A stretch of DNA of 23,017 nt, from contig JAYENX010000001.1 of the NCBI GenBank assembly GCA_034722435.1, forward strand, positions 1 through 23,017. The letters run 5' to 3'. The stretch's first letter is position 1. Each line of letters starts with the position of its first letter. The translations under genes and the position numbers were made by a program. Of this stretch, positions 1 to 8,126 are shown piece by piece. The notes beneath the pieces were generated by a model that did no database searches, was not told the origin of the DNA, and worked only from the letters and a program-made list of their open reading frames with translations. Source of the DNA: Nanobdellota archaeon. Lineage in GTDB: Archaea > Nanobdellota > Nanobdellia > Woesearchaeales > JAHWHD01.

Positions 1-157
1 AAGGGCTTATGTCAATCTTTTTTTTGTATAGTGATTTCATGAATTCTGATCTGTTTTTTACCATGAAAACGAAAAAAAGCCAAGAGGGGTTAGAATCTTT
101 TAAAGGTTTGATAAAATCTATAACGCCTTCAAGTTCTTTCATAAGTATATTTGCGTT
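1..157 (-). other. Inverted copy of part of the DegT-like aminotransferase gene, open and running off the window start
   Basis: The minus strand reads NANILMKELEGVIDFIKPLKDSNPSWLFFVFMVKNRSEFMKSLYKKKIDISP with no stop. Its last part is identical to the plus-strand ORF 157-381. It is absent from the ORF track because it has no stop in the window. Confidence 0.8.
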
Positions 158-232
158 TTTTCGTTTTCATGGTAAAAAACAGATCAGAATTCATGAAATC
201 ACTATACAAAAAAAAGATTGACATAAGCCCTT
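1..232. repeat. Perfect 77-bp inverted repeat (1-77 pairs with 156-232) around a 78-nt spacer; fold-back structure
   Basis: Checked base by base: position i pairs with 233-i for i=1..77 (AAGGGCTTATGTCAATC... versus ...GATTGACATAAGCCCTT). First mismatch is 78/155. The left arm runs to the window edge, so it may be longer. Confidence 0.97.
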
Positions 233-381
233 TACTAGATTATAAAGACTTAAGCAACAAAAGCAAAAAAGCTCAAGACTCTGTAAACAAACATACAACT
301 TTCGCCCTTAATCGACCTATAAATCAAATAGAATACTTAATCAAAAAAATAAAAGAGGTATGTAAAAATGGAAATTATTGA
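157..381 (+). CDS. 3' fragment of a probable DegT/DnrJ/EryC1/StrS sugar aminotransferase (5' part lost at the fold-back junction)
   Basis: Reconstructed C-terminus RKNANILMKELEG...PSWLFFVFMVKNRSEFMKSLYKKKIDIS...NQIEYLIKKIKEV fits the DegT C-terminal pattern (RxxNA...L; y.i.vknRdel...L...gI; eev.yvi..ike). Its stop overlaps the pta start by 14 nt. The catalytic Lys region is not visible. Confidence 0.55.
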   Translation, partial: FFVFMVKNRSEFMKSLYKKKIDISPLLDYKDLSNKSKKAQDSVNKHTTFALNRPINQIEYLIKKIKEVCKNGNY

Positions 382-1333
382 AGACTTAAAAAAAAAAATC
401 CAAGGAAAAGAAAAAATAATTATATTCCCCGAATCTGAAGATGAAAGAATACTGAAAGCCACAGAAATTCTAATCAAAAAAAATATTGCAAAACCAATTT
501 TAATAGGAAACTCACAAAATATTATTAAAAAAATTAACGAACTCAATCTAAACCTTAACAATATTGACATCATAAACATCAACAATCCTCCTGAAGACTT
601 CTCAGAACAATTATTTGAAATAAGAAGAAATAAAGGTTTAACATTAGAACAAGCTAAAGAACTTCTCAAAAATCCTGTTTACTATGGAACCATGATGTTA
701 AAACAAGGAAAAGCCGACGGATTAATTTACGGAGCATCACATCCTACTACAGAAACCATAAAACCTGCTTTACAAATAATAAAAACCAAACAAGGAATTG
801 CATCAAGTTATTTCTTAATGATAAAAGAAGATAAACAATTAATGTACGCAGACTGCGCTTTTGTTGTACAACCATCATCAGAAGAACTCGCAAAAATAGC
901 AATCCAAACCGCAGAATCCGCCAAATCCCTAAACATAGAACCAAAAATTGCCATGCTTTCATTCTCAACAAAAGGTTCTGCCAAACATGAAAATGTTGAG
1001 AAAGTTTCCAAAGCAACAAACATTGTAAAAAAAGAAAAACCTGATTTAATGATTGAAGGAGAAATACAATTAGATACTGCCCTTGTTCCAGAAATTTCAA
1101 AGAAAAAGTTTCCTGAAAGTCAAATTAAAGGCAATGCAAATATTCTCATCTTTCCAGACCTCAATTCAGGAAATATAGCTTACAAAATAACACAAAGACT
1201 TGCAGGATTTAAAGCAATAGGTCCCATCATCCAAGGTCTAAACAAACCAGTTAATGATTTAAGTAGAGGATGTTCGATCGAAGACATAATAAACGTCACA
1301 ATAATAACATGTGCACAAAGTGAAAATAAATGA
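368..1333 (+). CDS. pta: Phosphate acetyltransferase (short-form phosphotransacetylase, PTA/PTB family)
   Basis: Motifs IIFPESEDERILKA, ADCA, MLSFSTKGS, GEIQLD, FPDLNSGNIAYK, GPIIQGLNKPVNDLSRGCSIEDI (catalytic SRG and Asp retained). SD-like GAGGT at 355-359. Confidence 0.95.
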   Translation: MEIIEDLKKKIQGKEKIIIFPESEDERILKATEILIKKNIAKPILIGNSQNIIKKINELNLNLNNIDIININNPPEDFSEQLFEIRRNKGLTLEQAKELLKNPVYYGTMMLKQGKADGLIYGASHPTTETIKPALQIIKTKQGIASSYFLMIKEDKQLMYADCAFVVQPSSEELAKIAIQTAESAKSLNIEPKIAMLSFSTKGSAKHENVEKVSKATNIVKKEKPDLMIEGEIQLDTALVPEISKKKFPESQIKGNANILIFPDLNSGNIAYKITQRLAGFKAIGPIIQGLNKPVNDLSRGCSIEDIINVTIITCAQSENK

Positions 1334-2337
1334 TAATTGAACTTAACCAAGAAAGTGAAGAATGGAATACATTTCTGAAAAATAATAACCACAGAATATA
1401 TCACACCCCTAAATTTAAAACATTCATAGAAGACACATTTAGACTAAGACCAAAATATATTGCATATAAAGAAGATAATATCATCAGAACCATTCTACCA
1501 CTTACTCCTGTACACAGTAAAATATTTGGAAATCGCCTTATTTCAGTAGCAATGCTTGAATATGGCGGATTCGCTGGAGATGAATCTCACACTAACAAAA
1601 TAATTGATTACATTAAAGAAAGATATAAACAAAAATACGATTACGCAGAAATAAGACAAGGTCTTGATAAATTTAACAATTTAAATCTAGAAAATAAAAG
1701 ACAAAAAAGATTTATCCTCCATTTAAATACTTCAGAAGAACTCTGGAAAAATATCCAAAAAGAAAAAAGAAAAGCTATCAAAAAGTCTAAAAAAAATCTT
1801 TTTACACGAGAATTAACAATTAAAGATATTAATAAAATCTATAAATTATATCTTAATAACATGAGAAAATTTGGAACCCCTCCAAGTCCTAAAAAATTCT
1901 TTATAAATTTTTTCAAACTCAATTTAGGAAAATGCTTCGGATCATTTTTAGATGGAAAATTAACAGCCTTTCTATTAGGATACACTTACAAAGATCGAAT
2001 CCATGTAATAATAGCAAATGCTTATTCAAAATATCTTAAATATCGCTCTAATGACGCAGTACATTGGGCATTCATCGAATGGGGATGTCATAATAATTTT
2101 CAAATTTTTGATTTCGGAATAGTCAGAGAAAACTCAGGACATTTTGAATATAAAAGAAAATGGGGTGCTGAACTTAAAGATCTTAACAGACACATAATAT
2201 ATTTAAAAAAAGACAAAATAAAAGATCCCAATCCTGAAGATCCAAAACTACAAACAATCCTAAAAATATATAGAAAATTACCGGTAAACTTAACAATTAT
2301 CGCAGGAAAAATATTCAGAAAAGGCCTCGGAATTTAA
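1330..2337 (+). CDS. FemAB-like GNAT-fold acyl/aminoacyl transferase (type associated with exosortase/PEP-CTERM glycan loci)
   Basis: IYHTP, EYGG, RKAIKKSKK, NMRKFGTP, NDAVHWAFIEWGC, FDFG and HFEYKRKWG match the FemAB-like double-GNAT pattern. ATGA overlap with the pta stop. Confidence 0.8.
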   Translation: MIIELNQESEEWNTFLKNNNHRIYHTPKFKTFIEDTFRLRPKYIAYKEDNIIRTILPLTPVHSKIFGNRLISVAMLEYGGFAGDESHTNKIIDYIKERYKQKYDYAEIRQGLDKFNNLNLENKRQKRFILHLNTSEELWKNIQKEKRKAIKKSKKNLFTRELTIKDINKIYKLYLNNMRKFGTPPSPKKFFINFFKLNLGKCFGSFLDGKLTAFLLGYTYKDRIHVIIANAYSKYLKYRSNDAVHWAFIEWGCHNNFQIFDFGIVRENSGHFEYKRKWGAELKDLNRHIIYLKKDKIKDPNPEDPKLQTILKIYRKLPVNLTIIAGKIFRKGLGI

Positions 2338-3058
2338 CAAAATCCATACAGCTCACCCATTTACTGTTTGAATTCTCAAAAAATTCTCGCAAGATCTTCC
2401 AAGAATTCTTACCCAAGTTCCGTTTATAAAACATCTTTCTCCACATAGGCATACTTCCTAAATCCAGATTCATCTGAAGTTCACAAGGATGAAGATAAAA
2501 CATATAAGGTTCCTTAAACGATTTTGACCAAGGATAAAGAAATCTATAATAAAAAAAGCTTGTAGGCACCATTTTCCAAAAAAACTGATCAGCAGGTAAT
2601 TCAATTACATGTTTTTTATAAGGCTTAGTTTTTATCAAAGGATTAACGAAAAAAGGTGGATGCGATGAAGAAAACGAAGAATCATACGTATAACCATTAT
2701 TCTTTAAAGTTTGCATAAGCATTTTATGCGGTTTCATAAAAGGCGATCTAAAACCATTACATTTAAAACCCAATTTCTCAATTTGTTTTTTAGACTCCGC
2801 CACCTCAAAATTCAATCTTTTAATATCAACTCCATCCAACCTTGGATGAGTCTGCGAATGTGAACCTATCTCATGTTTCTCCCCAATTTCACGTATAAGA
2901 GTCTCATATTTATCAACTAATTCCCCAACAACAAAAAAAGTTGCCTTAACATCAAAATCATCGAAAAGATTCAACAATTTAGGAATTACTTCAGAAACAC
3001 TTTCACTTTTTTTAGAATCAAAATCATACTCTAAATCAACACTCATAACTCTATTCAT
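2315..3058 (-). CDS. Polysaccharide deacetylase (CE4/NodB, PuuE/PgdA-like)
   Basis: SVDLEYD, ATFFVVG, HEIGSHSQTH (HxxxH), GFRSP, FYLHP. Start moved from the TTG at 3073 to the ATG at 3058, which overlaps the upstream stop. Confidence 0.88.
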   Translation of the reverse strand: MNRVMSVDLEYDFDSKKSESVSEVIPKLLNLFDDFDVKATFFVVGELVDKYETLIREIGEKHEIGSHSQTHPRLDGVDIKRLNFEVAESKKQIEKLGFKCNGFRSPFMKPHKMLMQTLKNNGYTYDSSFSSSHPPFFVNPLIKTKPYKKHVIELPADQFFWKMVPTSFFYYRFLYPWSKSFKEPYMFYLHPCELQMNLDLGSMPMWRKMFYKRNLGKNSWKILREFFENSNSKWVSCMDFVKFRGLF

Positions 3059-3407
3059 TTTGTGACTCTTCAACTAATGGTTCAACATGCTTTAATGCAG
3101 AACTTTTTACAATATCAGCAAGCTTCATCTGTCCTTTACGAACTGTAAAATGTAAATAAAAAACTAGCACTGTCAAAAAAAGAATTGCTGCAATTGTTAA
3201 AAACCATAAAGGACCTTGTATAGCTAAAGATTGAAAAACAAATTTAACAGATTCAGGAAAAACAAGCACTAACACAAAACCAACCCACACTAATAACCAA
3301 ACTAAAAAATCAGAGATAGCAAACTCCTTTCTCTTAAAATGTAAATAAGTCAAAAAAAGCATACCTAATGCAAATATCACACCTACAACCTGTAATAACA
3401 TTACCAT
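3051..3407 (-). CDS. DUF2304-family small membrane protein (GT2 partner)
   Basis: 118 aa, three hydrophobic segments, WLLVW...VFPE, basic/polar C-tail, directly coupled to a DPM1-like GT2. Confidence 0.8.
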   Translation of the reverse strand: MVMLLQVVGVIFALGMLFLTYLHFKRKEFAISDFLVWLLVWVGFVLVLVFPESVKFVFQSLAIQGPLWFLTIAAILFLTVLVFYLHFTVRKGQMKLADIVKSSALKHVEPLVEESQNE

Positions 3408-4072
3408 CTTTTAACCTTCCACTTAAGCATATTTAAAAAGATTTTGATTCCATCAAACACGGTTGTACCTTTATAACTCTCAAGATATTTAGTTTCTATA
3501 GGCAACTCACCAATTTTTAAACCCTTCCTTGCAGCATTTGCCAACATCTCAGTCTCTACAGCATACCCTGAAGAATTCCATTTTAAATGTTCATACTTTC
3601 TACAATTAATTGCTCTATAACCATTTGAAAGATCACTAATATTAGTCCTAAACAAAACATTAAAAGCATTCACTAAAAATTTATTACCAAATCTAAATAC
3701 AAAAGGCATATTTTTATTAAATTGCCGTACACCGGTCACCAAATCAAAATCTTGCACATTAAGTTTCTCAACCAACTGAATTATATCTTTAGGATCATGT
3801 TGACCATCTGCATCAATAAATATTGCCACATCAGCTTTTCTTTTTATTGCAGCCTCCATTCCAGTATTCATAGCCAAACCTTTACCCATATTAACCATGT
3901 GCTTCAAAACAAAATCAGCACCCCCTCGCTTAGCATGCAACGAAGTTGCATCTTTAGAACCGTCATCTACAACTATTATTTCATCAACATAATGCTTTGT
4001 CCTTTGGACAACATCCATTATATTCTTCTCTTCATTAAATGCGGGAATTATAGCTGTAACTTTCATTTTCAT
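3401..4072 (-). CDS. Glycosyltransferase family 2, DPM1/polyprenol-phosphate glycosyltransferase-like, no C-terminal TM domain
   Basis: IIPAFNEE, VVDDGSKD, NMGKG, FIDADGQH (DxD), GYRA, YAVETEM; 223 aa. Confidence 0.92.
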   Translation of the reverse strand: MKMKVTAIIPAFNEEKNIMDVVQRTKHYVDEIIVVDDGSKDATSLHAKRGGADFVLKHMVNMGKGLAMNTGMEAAIKRKADVAIFIDADGQHDPKDIIQLVEKLNVQDFDLVTGVRQFNKNMPFVFRFGNKFLVNAFNVLFRTNISDLSNGYRAINCRKYEHLKWNSSGYAVETEMLANAARKGLKIGELPIETKYLESYKGTTVFDGIKIFLNMLKWKVKRW

Positions 4073-4078
4073 AAATAC

Positions 4079-5362
4079 TCATAGAGACTTATAGATAAAA
4101 CCTTTCTCAACTGCTTCTCTTTCATCAAAAAGAGATTTTAAATCAATAATAATAGGATTCGAACTCATTTTAGTTTTTAGATAATCAAGAGTTATTGTTT
4201 CAAATTGTTTATGTTTATTTACAAAAATCACACAATCAATATTTGAAACAGATTCAAGATTCACAGCATCAATACCAAAATCAGTTTTAATAGATTCAAT
4301 ATTAAGATTAGGCTCATAACCTATAACATTAACTTCTGATTTCTGAAGTTCCAATATAATATCTTTTGATTTTGAATTCCTAGAATCCCTAACATTTTCT
4401 TTAAAAGTCAAACCTAATAATAGAACTTTAGAATTTTTTAAAATTTTACCTGCCTCATTCAACCCTTTAATAACTAATTCAGCAACATGCTTAGACATAA
4501 AATCATTTGTAACTCTTCCTGCAAGTATGACCTTGGGATTAAACCCAAATTCCTCAGCTTTATAAGTTAAATAATAAGGATCAACACCAATACAATGTCC
4601 CCCTACCAACCCAGGAAAATAATTATGAAAATTCCATTTTGTACCTGCAGCTTCAAGAACATCTTTTGTTCTCAATCCTAACTTATCAAAAATTAAAGAT
4701 AATTCATTCATAAGAGCAATATTCAAATCTCTTTGTATATTTTCTATGACTTTCGCCGCTTCAGCAGTTCTTATAGTTTTTGCAGGAAAAACACCTGCAG
4801 TGGTTATTTTAGAATAAACATCAGATATTATCTTCAAAGAATCCTCATCAATACCACTTACAACTTTAACAATTTTATCTATTGTATGTTGTTTATCACC
4901 AGGATTAATTCTTTCCGGACTATAACCAATTTTAAAATCATTAGGACATTTTAACCCGGACTCTTTTTCAAGAATAGGCAAACAAATGTCCTCAGTCACA
5001 CCTGGATAAACAGTACTCTCAAAAACTACAATTGAATCTTTCTTAAAATTTTTACCAATCATCCTTGAAGCAGATTCAATATATTTTAAATCGGGCTTCT
5101 TATCTTCAGTAATAGGCGTAGGCACACAAACAACTATAAAATTAGCTTTTTTAATAAATTCAGAATCATAAGTAAAATCAATAATCGCATTTTTTAATTC
5201 TTCTTCAGATATCTCACAAGAATTATCTTTAAATTGTTTCAATTCAGATATACGTGTTTCATTCACATCAAAACCAATAACCTTGAAACCAGCATTGCTA
5301 AAAGCCACAGCTAAAGGTAAACCAACATATCCAAGTCCAACCACACATATAATTTCATCCAT
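4079..5362 (-). CDS. UDP-N-acetyl-hexosamine 6-dehydrogenase (WbpO/TviB type)
   Basis: VVGLGYVGLPLA, VCVPTP, ESTVYPG, YSPERINPGD, KVIENIQRDLNIA, TKWNF, PGLVGGHCIGVDPYYL. Start set at ATG 5362 (MDEII), overlapping the epimerase stop. Confidence 0.92.
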   Translation of the reverse strand: MDEIICVVGLGYVGLPLAVAFSNAGFKVIGFDVNETRISELKQFKDNSCEISEEELKNAIIDFTYDSEFIKKANFIVVCVPTPITEDKKPDLKYIESASRMIGKNFKKDSIVVFESTVYPGVTEDICLPILEKESGLKCPNDFKIGYSPERINPGDKQHTIDKIVKVVSGIDEDSLKIISDVYSKITTAGVFPAKTIRTAEAAKVIENIQRDLNIALMNELSLIFDKLGLRTKDVLEAAGTKWNFHNYFPGLVGGHCIGVDPYYLTYKAEEFGFNPKVILAGRVTNDFMSKHVAELVIKGLNEAGKILKNSKVLLLGLTFKENVRDSRNSKSKDIILELQKSEVNVIGYEPNLNIESIKTDFGIDAVNLESVSNIDCVIFVNKHKQFETITLDYLKTKMSSNPIIIDLKSLFDEREAVEKGFIYKSL

Positions 5363-6281
5363 ACCAATCAACTGTAACACTTAAACCAGAATTAAAATCA
5401 ACATGAGGTTCATAACCTATTAATTCTTTAGCTTTAGATATATCCGCCAAAGAATGTTTTACATCTCCAATTCTCTCTCCAAGGTATTCAGGTTCAAGTT
5501 TTGTTCCAAGAATTGAATTTAACATGTTAACTAAACTATTAAGATCAATCCTTTTATTACATGCTATATTCAATACTTGCCCATTTAATTGTCCAGATTG
5601 CATAGCAAGGATATTTGCATTAACAACATTCTTAACAAAAGTAAAATCTCTTGACTGTAAACCATCTCCAAAAATAATAGGCCTTTTACCTTGATTCATT
5701 AACTTAATAAATTTAGGTATTACAGCAGAATACTGAGAATCAGGATTTTGTCGTGGCCCAAAAACATTAAAATATCTTAAAGAAACTGTATCTAACCCAT
5801 AAACATCACTAAAAACTTTACAATAATATTCACCAACTAATTTAGTTATTGCATAAGGAGATAGAGGATTAGTAACCATAGATTCTTCTTTAGGCATTTT
5901 TTCAGAATCACCATATGCTGAAGAAGAAGCTGAATAAATTACTTTTTTAACTTTATTATCCCTTGCAGCTATCAACAAATTATGAGTACCAACAATATTA
6001 TTATTCAAAGATTCTAAAGGATTTTCAACAGATCTTTGAACAGAAGGAAGCGCAGCCAAATGAAACACAAAATCAACCCCTTTTAAAGTCGCTTGCAATA
6101 AATCAATATCCAAAATATTTCCTTCAATCAATTCAATCTTATCAAAAATATGTTTTATATTATCTTTTGTACCAGTTGAAAAATTATCAATAATAATTAC
6201 TTCATTATCCCGAGCCAAAAGTTCATCAACTAAATGACTACCTATAAAACCCGCCCCACCAGTTACTACACATTTAGCCAT
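5355..6281 (-). CDS. SDR NAD-dependent epimerase, UDP-GlcNAc 4-epimerase (WbpP/TviC)-like
   Basis: TGGAGFIGSH, FHLAA, SSSAYG, YAITK (YxxxK), LRYFNVFGPRQ, GDGLQSRDFT. Start set at ATG 6281 (MAKCVVTG), 23-30 nt below a TATA box. Confidence 0.92.
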   Translation of the reverse strand: MAKCVVTGGAGFIGSHLVDELLARDNEVIIIDNFSTGTKDNIKHIFDKIELIEGNILDIDLLQATLKGVDFVFHLAALPSVQRSVENPLESLNNNIVGTHNLLIAARDNKVKKVIYSASSSAYGDSEKMPKEESMVTNPLSPYAITKLVGEYYCKVFSDVYGLDTVSLRYFNVFGPRQNPDSQYSAVIPKFIKLMNQGKRPIIFGDGLQSRDFTFVKNVVNANILAMQSGQLNGQVLNIACNKRIDLNSLVNMLNSILGTKLEPEYLGERIGDVKHSLADISKAKELIGYEPHVDFNSGLSVTVDWYG

Positions 6282-6303
6282 ACTTATTTCAAAAATACTT
6301 TCA

Positions 6304-6311
6304 TTTATAAA
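6304..6311 (-). promoter_or_regulatory. TATA box for the epimerase unit
   Basis: TTTATAAA 23-30 nt upstream of ATG 6281. Confidence 0.65.
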
Positions 6312-6344
6312 TCTTATTAAACACAAACTAAACACATTTAAGAA

Positions 6345-7343
6345 CTATATAAACCAAATTAAACTAGCAAATACTACTTCTATCAAAATCATAAACCAAA
6401 CAATCTGCTTCTCAGTATACTTTCCAGTTCTAGTCAAAATATGAGGTATTGAATAAATTTTCCTATAAAAACTTTTTATTTTTCCATGCTCATATTTACC
6501 ATAAGTTTGCGCTTTAAACTTAGAACGTGCCTTTAACAAAAATTCAAGTATAAAAGGTATTGAAATTATCAATGCAGCTTTCTCAATATTCCCAACTACA
6601 GCTATACTCACAATAGCAGCCCCCAAAAGATAAGTTAAAGAATCCCCAGGTAAAACCTTCGCAGGAACTTTATTATAATAATAAAAAGCAATAAGCGCAC
6701 CAAGAACAGCAAACGCAATCACTGCAGCATCTGTTCTACCATTTACATAGGCGTAAAGACCAAGACTTAAAGTATAAACAATTCCCATACCAGTACCTAA
6801 ACCATTAAACCCCTCTAAAAGATTTACCATATTAGCAGCACCTATAACTCCAACCGGAACGAGCAGTAAAGGATATAAAAGTCCAAAATCAACAGAACCA
6901 ATAAAAGGAATAGTCAACGTAGAAAATCCAGCTTTAATTACCATTAAAGGAATTGCAGCAGGCAAAGTCAACAAAGGTTTCTGCCACCTTTTCAATCCAA
7001 CATATAGACCTTTTTTAGTTTCTCTGACCATCAAATCGTCTAAAAACCCAATTACAGCAACGATTAACATAGAACAAATTGACGCCAGTATGATTGCATT
7101 TGAAGAAATATCATCATAAATAAAAGTTCTAATAAAAATATAAATTAAAAGTGAAACAAATAAACCTATCATGACAAGCACTCCACCAGAAATAGGAACT
7201 GATGGCTGATGTTTCTTTGCCATATCTTTAACATCTAAACCAATTCTACTTAAGTACTTTATACCTTTCTTCAAAAGTAGAAATGTAACAACAAATCCAA
7301 CAATCAAAACAACAATAATTGCCCATAATGCCATAGATAACAT
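6345..7343 (-). CDS. UDP-GlcNAc:polyprenol-phosphate GlcNAc-1-phosphotransferase (GT4/MraY-like; archaeal AglH/eukaryotic GPT type)
   Basis: Multi-TM protein with GFLDDL, NMVNLLEGFNGL, KVLPGDS and LEFLLKARSKF. Confidence 0.88.
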   Translation of the reverse strand: MLSMALWAIIVVLIVGFVVTFLLLKKGIKYLSRIGLDVKDMAKKHQPSVPISGGVLVMIGLFVSLLIYIFIRTFIYDDISSNAIILASICSMLIVAVIGFLDDLMVRETKKGLYVGLKRWQKPLLTLPAAIPLMVIKAGFSTLTIPFIGSVDFGLLYPLLLVPVGVIGAANMVNLLEGFNGLGTGMGIVYTLSLGLYAYVNGRTDAAVIAFAVLGALIAFYYYNKVPAKVLPGDSLTYLLGAAIVSIAVVGNIEKAALIISIPFILEFLLKARSKFKAQTYGKYEHGKIKSFYRKIYSIPHILTRTGKYTEKQIVWFMILIEVVFASLIWFI

Positions 7344-7366
7344 AAGAACAAATTAAAGAAAGCGAG

Positions 7367-7380
7367 TTTATAAAGGTTTT
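7367..7380 (-). promoter_or_regulatory. BRE/TATA promoter for the GPT gene
   Basis: Minus strand AAAACC-TTTATAAA; TATA 24-31 nt upstream of ATG 7343. Confidence 0.7.
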
Positions 7381-7388
7381 GTCAAATC

Positions 7389-8126
7389 TCAATCTTTAGA
7401 ACTATAAATTCTATCAGCCTCTTCCAAACCATCGAAATTACCAATATCAAACCACCTTTCTGTAAAACTAAAACCATATACTGAAGCTTTAGTTATTAGA
7501 TAAGTAAAAAAGCTTCCAGATTCTTTAAGACTATAACCTTCTTGTATATAGTTTTCATAATGCTGAATATCAGATTTTTTAATTAAATAACACATTGTAG
7601 CAGCTAAACTCGATTTAGGTTTCTCAGGTTTTTCTTCAAAATCAATAATCTTAGCACTATCATCTATTAACACGGTCCCAAATTTATTTGCAAGCTTCAT
7701 AGGATCTTTCAAATCATATAATGCAACCTTTGAATAATCAGGCTTAAAATCTATAAACTCTTTCAAATTAAATTCAAATAAATTATCTCCGGCAATAATT
7801 AAACAATCATCATCAACTTCAGCTTTTCTAAGAGCAAAATGTATATCACCAACAGCCCCTAAAGCATCTTTCACAGCTAATGTCCCATTATTAATTATAG
7901 TTACAGGAATTGAACAAGAAAACTGTTTCTTCCAATCCAAAAATCTTGGAGTATACTTATTATTTGTCGTAATAATAATTTCATCAACAACACCAGTCTC
8001 TTGAATTTTCTCAATAATGTGCTCAATTATAGGCTTACCCCCCACAACCAAAAGATGCTTAGGATAATTTTCAGTCAAAGGAAAAAGCCGCGTAGCATAA
8101 CCAGCACAAATAAGAAGAGCTTTCAT
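7389..8126 (-). CDS. Sugar-1-phosphate nucleotidyltransferase (NTP_transferase family, motifs intact)
   Basis: ICAGYATRLFPLTENYPKHLL, AGDNLF, FEEKP, WFDIG. ATGA overlap with ugd; SD-like GAGGT at 8136-8132. Confidence 0.9.
   Translation of the reverse strand: MKALLICAGYATRLFPLTENYPKHLLVVGGKPIIEHIIEKIQETGVVDEIIITTNNKYTPRFLDWKKQFSCSIPVTIINNGTLAVKDALGAVGDIHFALRKAEVDDDCLIIAGDNLFEFNLKEFIDFKPDYSKVALYDLKDPMKLANKFGTVLIDDSAKIIDFEEKPEKPKSSLAATMCYLIKKSDIQHYENYIQEGYSLKESGSFFTYLITKASVYGFSFTERWFDIGNFDGLEEADRIYSSKD

Noticed and set aside
78-155. Phase-variable invertible segment flanked by the 77-bp inverted repeats
   Set aside because: Flipping the spacer restores X+A+B, but the left arm still has in-frame stops (40-42, 64-66), so no full gene results. 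No recombinase is nearby and the arms are plain coding sequence.
9-221. 70-aa plus-strand ORF
   Set aside because: It is a by-product of the fold-back, largely antisense to the inverted DegT-like fragment.
1-232. Hairpin telomere, MITE or terminator
   Set aside because: Arms and spacer are all explained as one gene's coding sequence; there is a 78-nt asymmetric loop and no target-site duplication is visible.
2486-2493. Extra copy of the CTTCATCC motif (as GGATGAAG)
   Set aside because: It lies inside the deacetylase coding sequence at the conserved YLHP motif, so it is explained by protein constraint.
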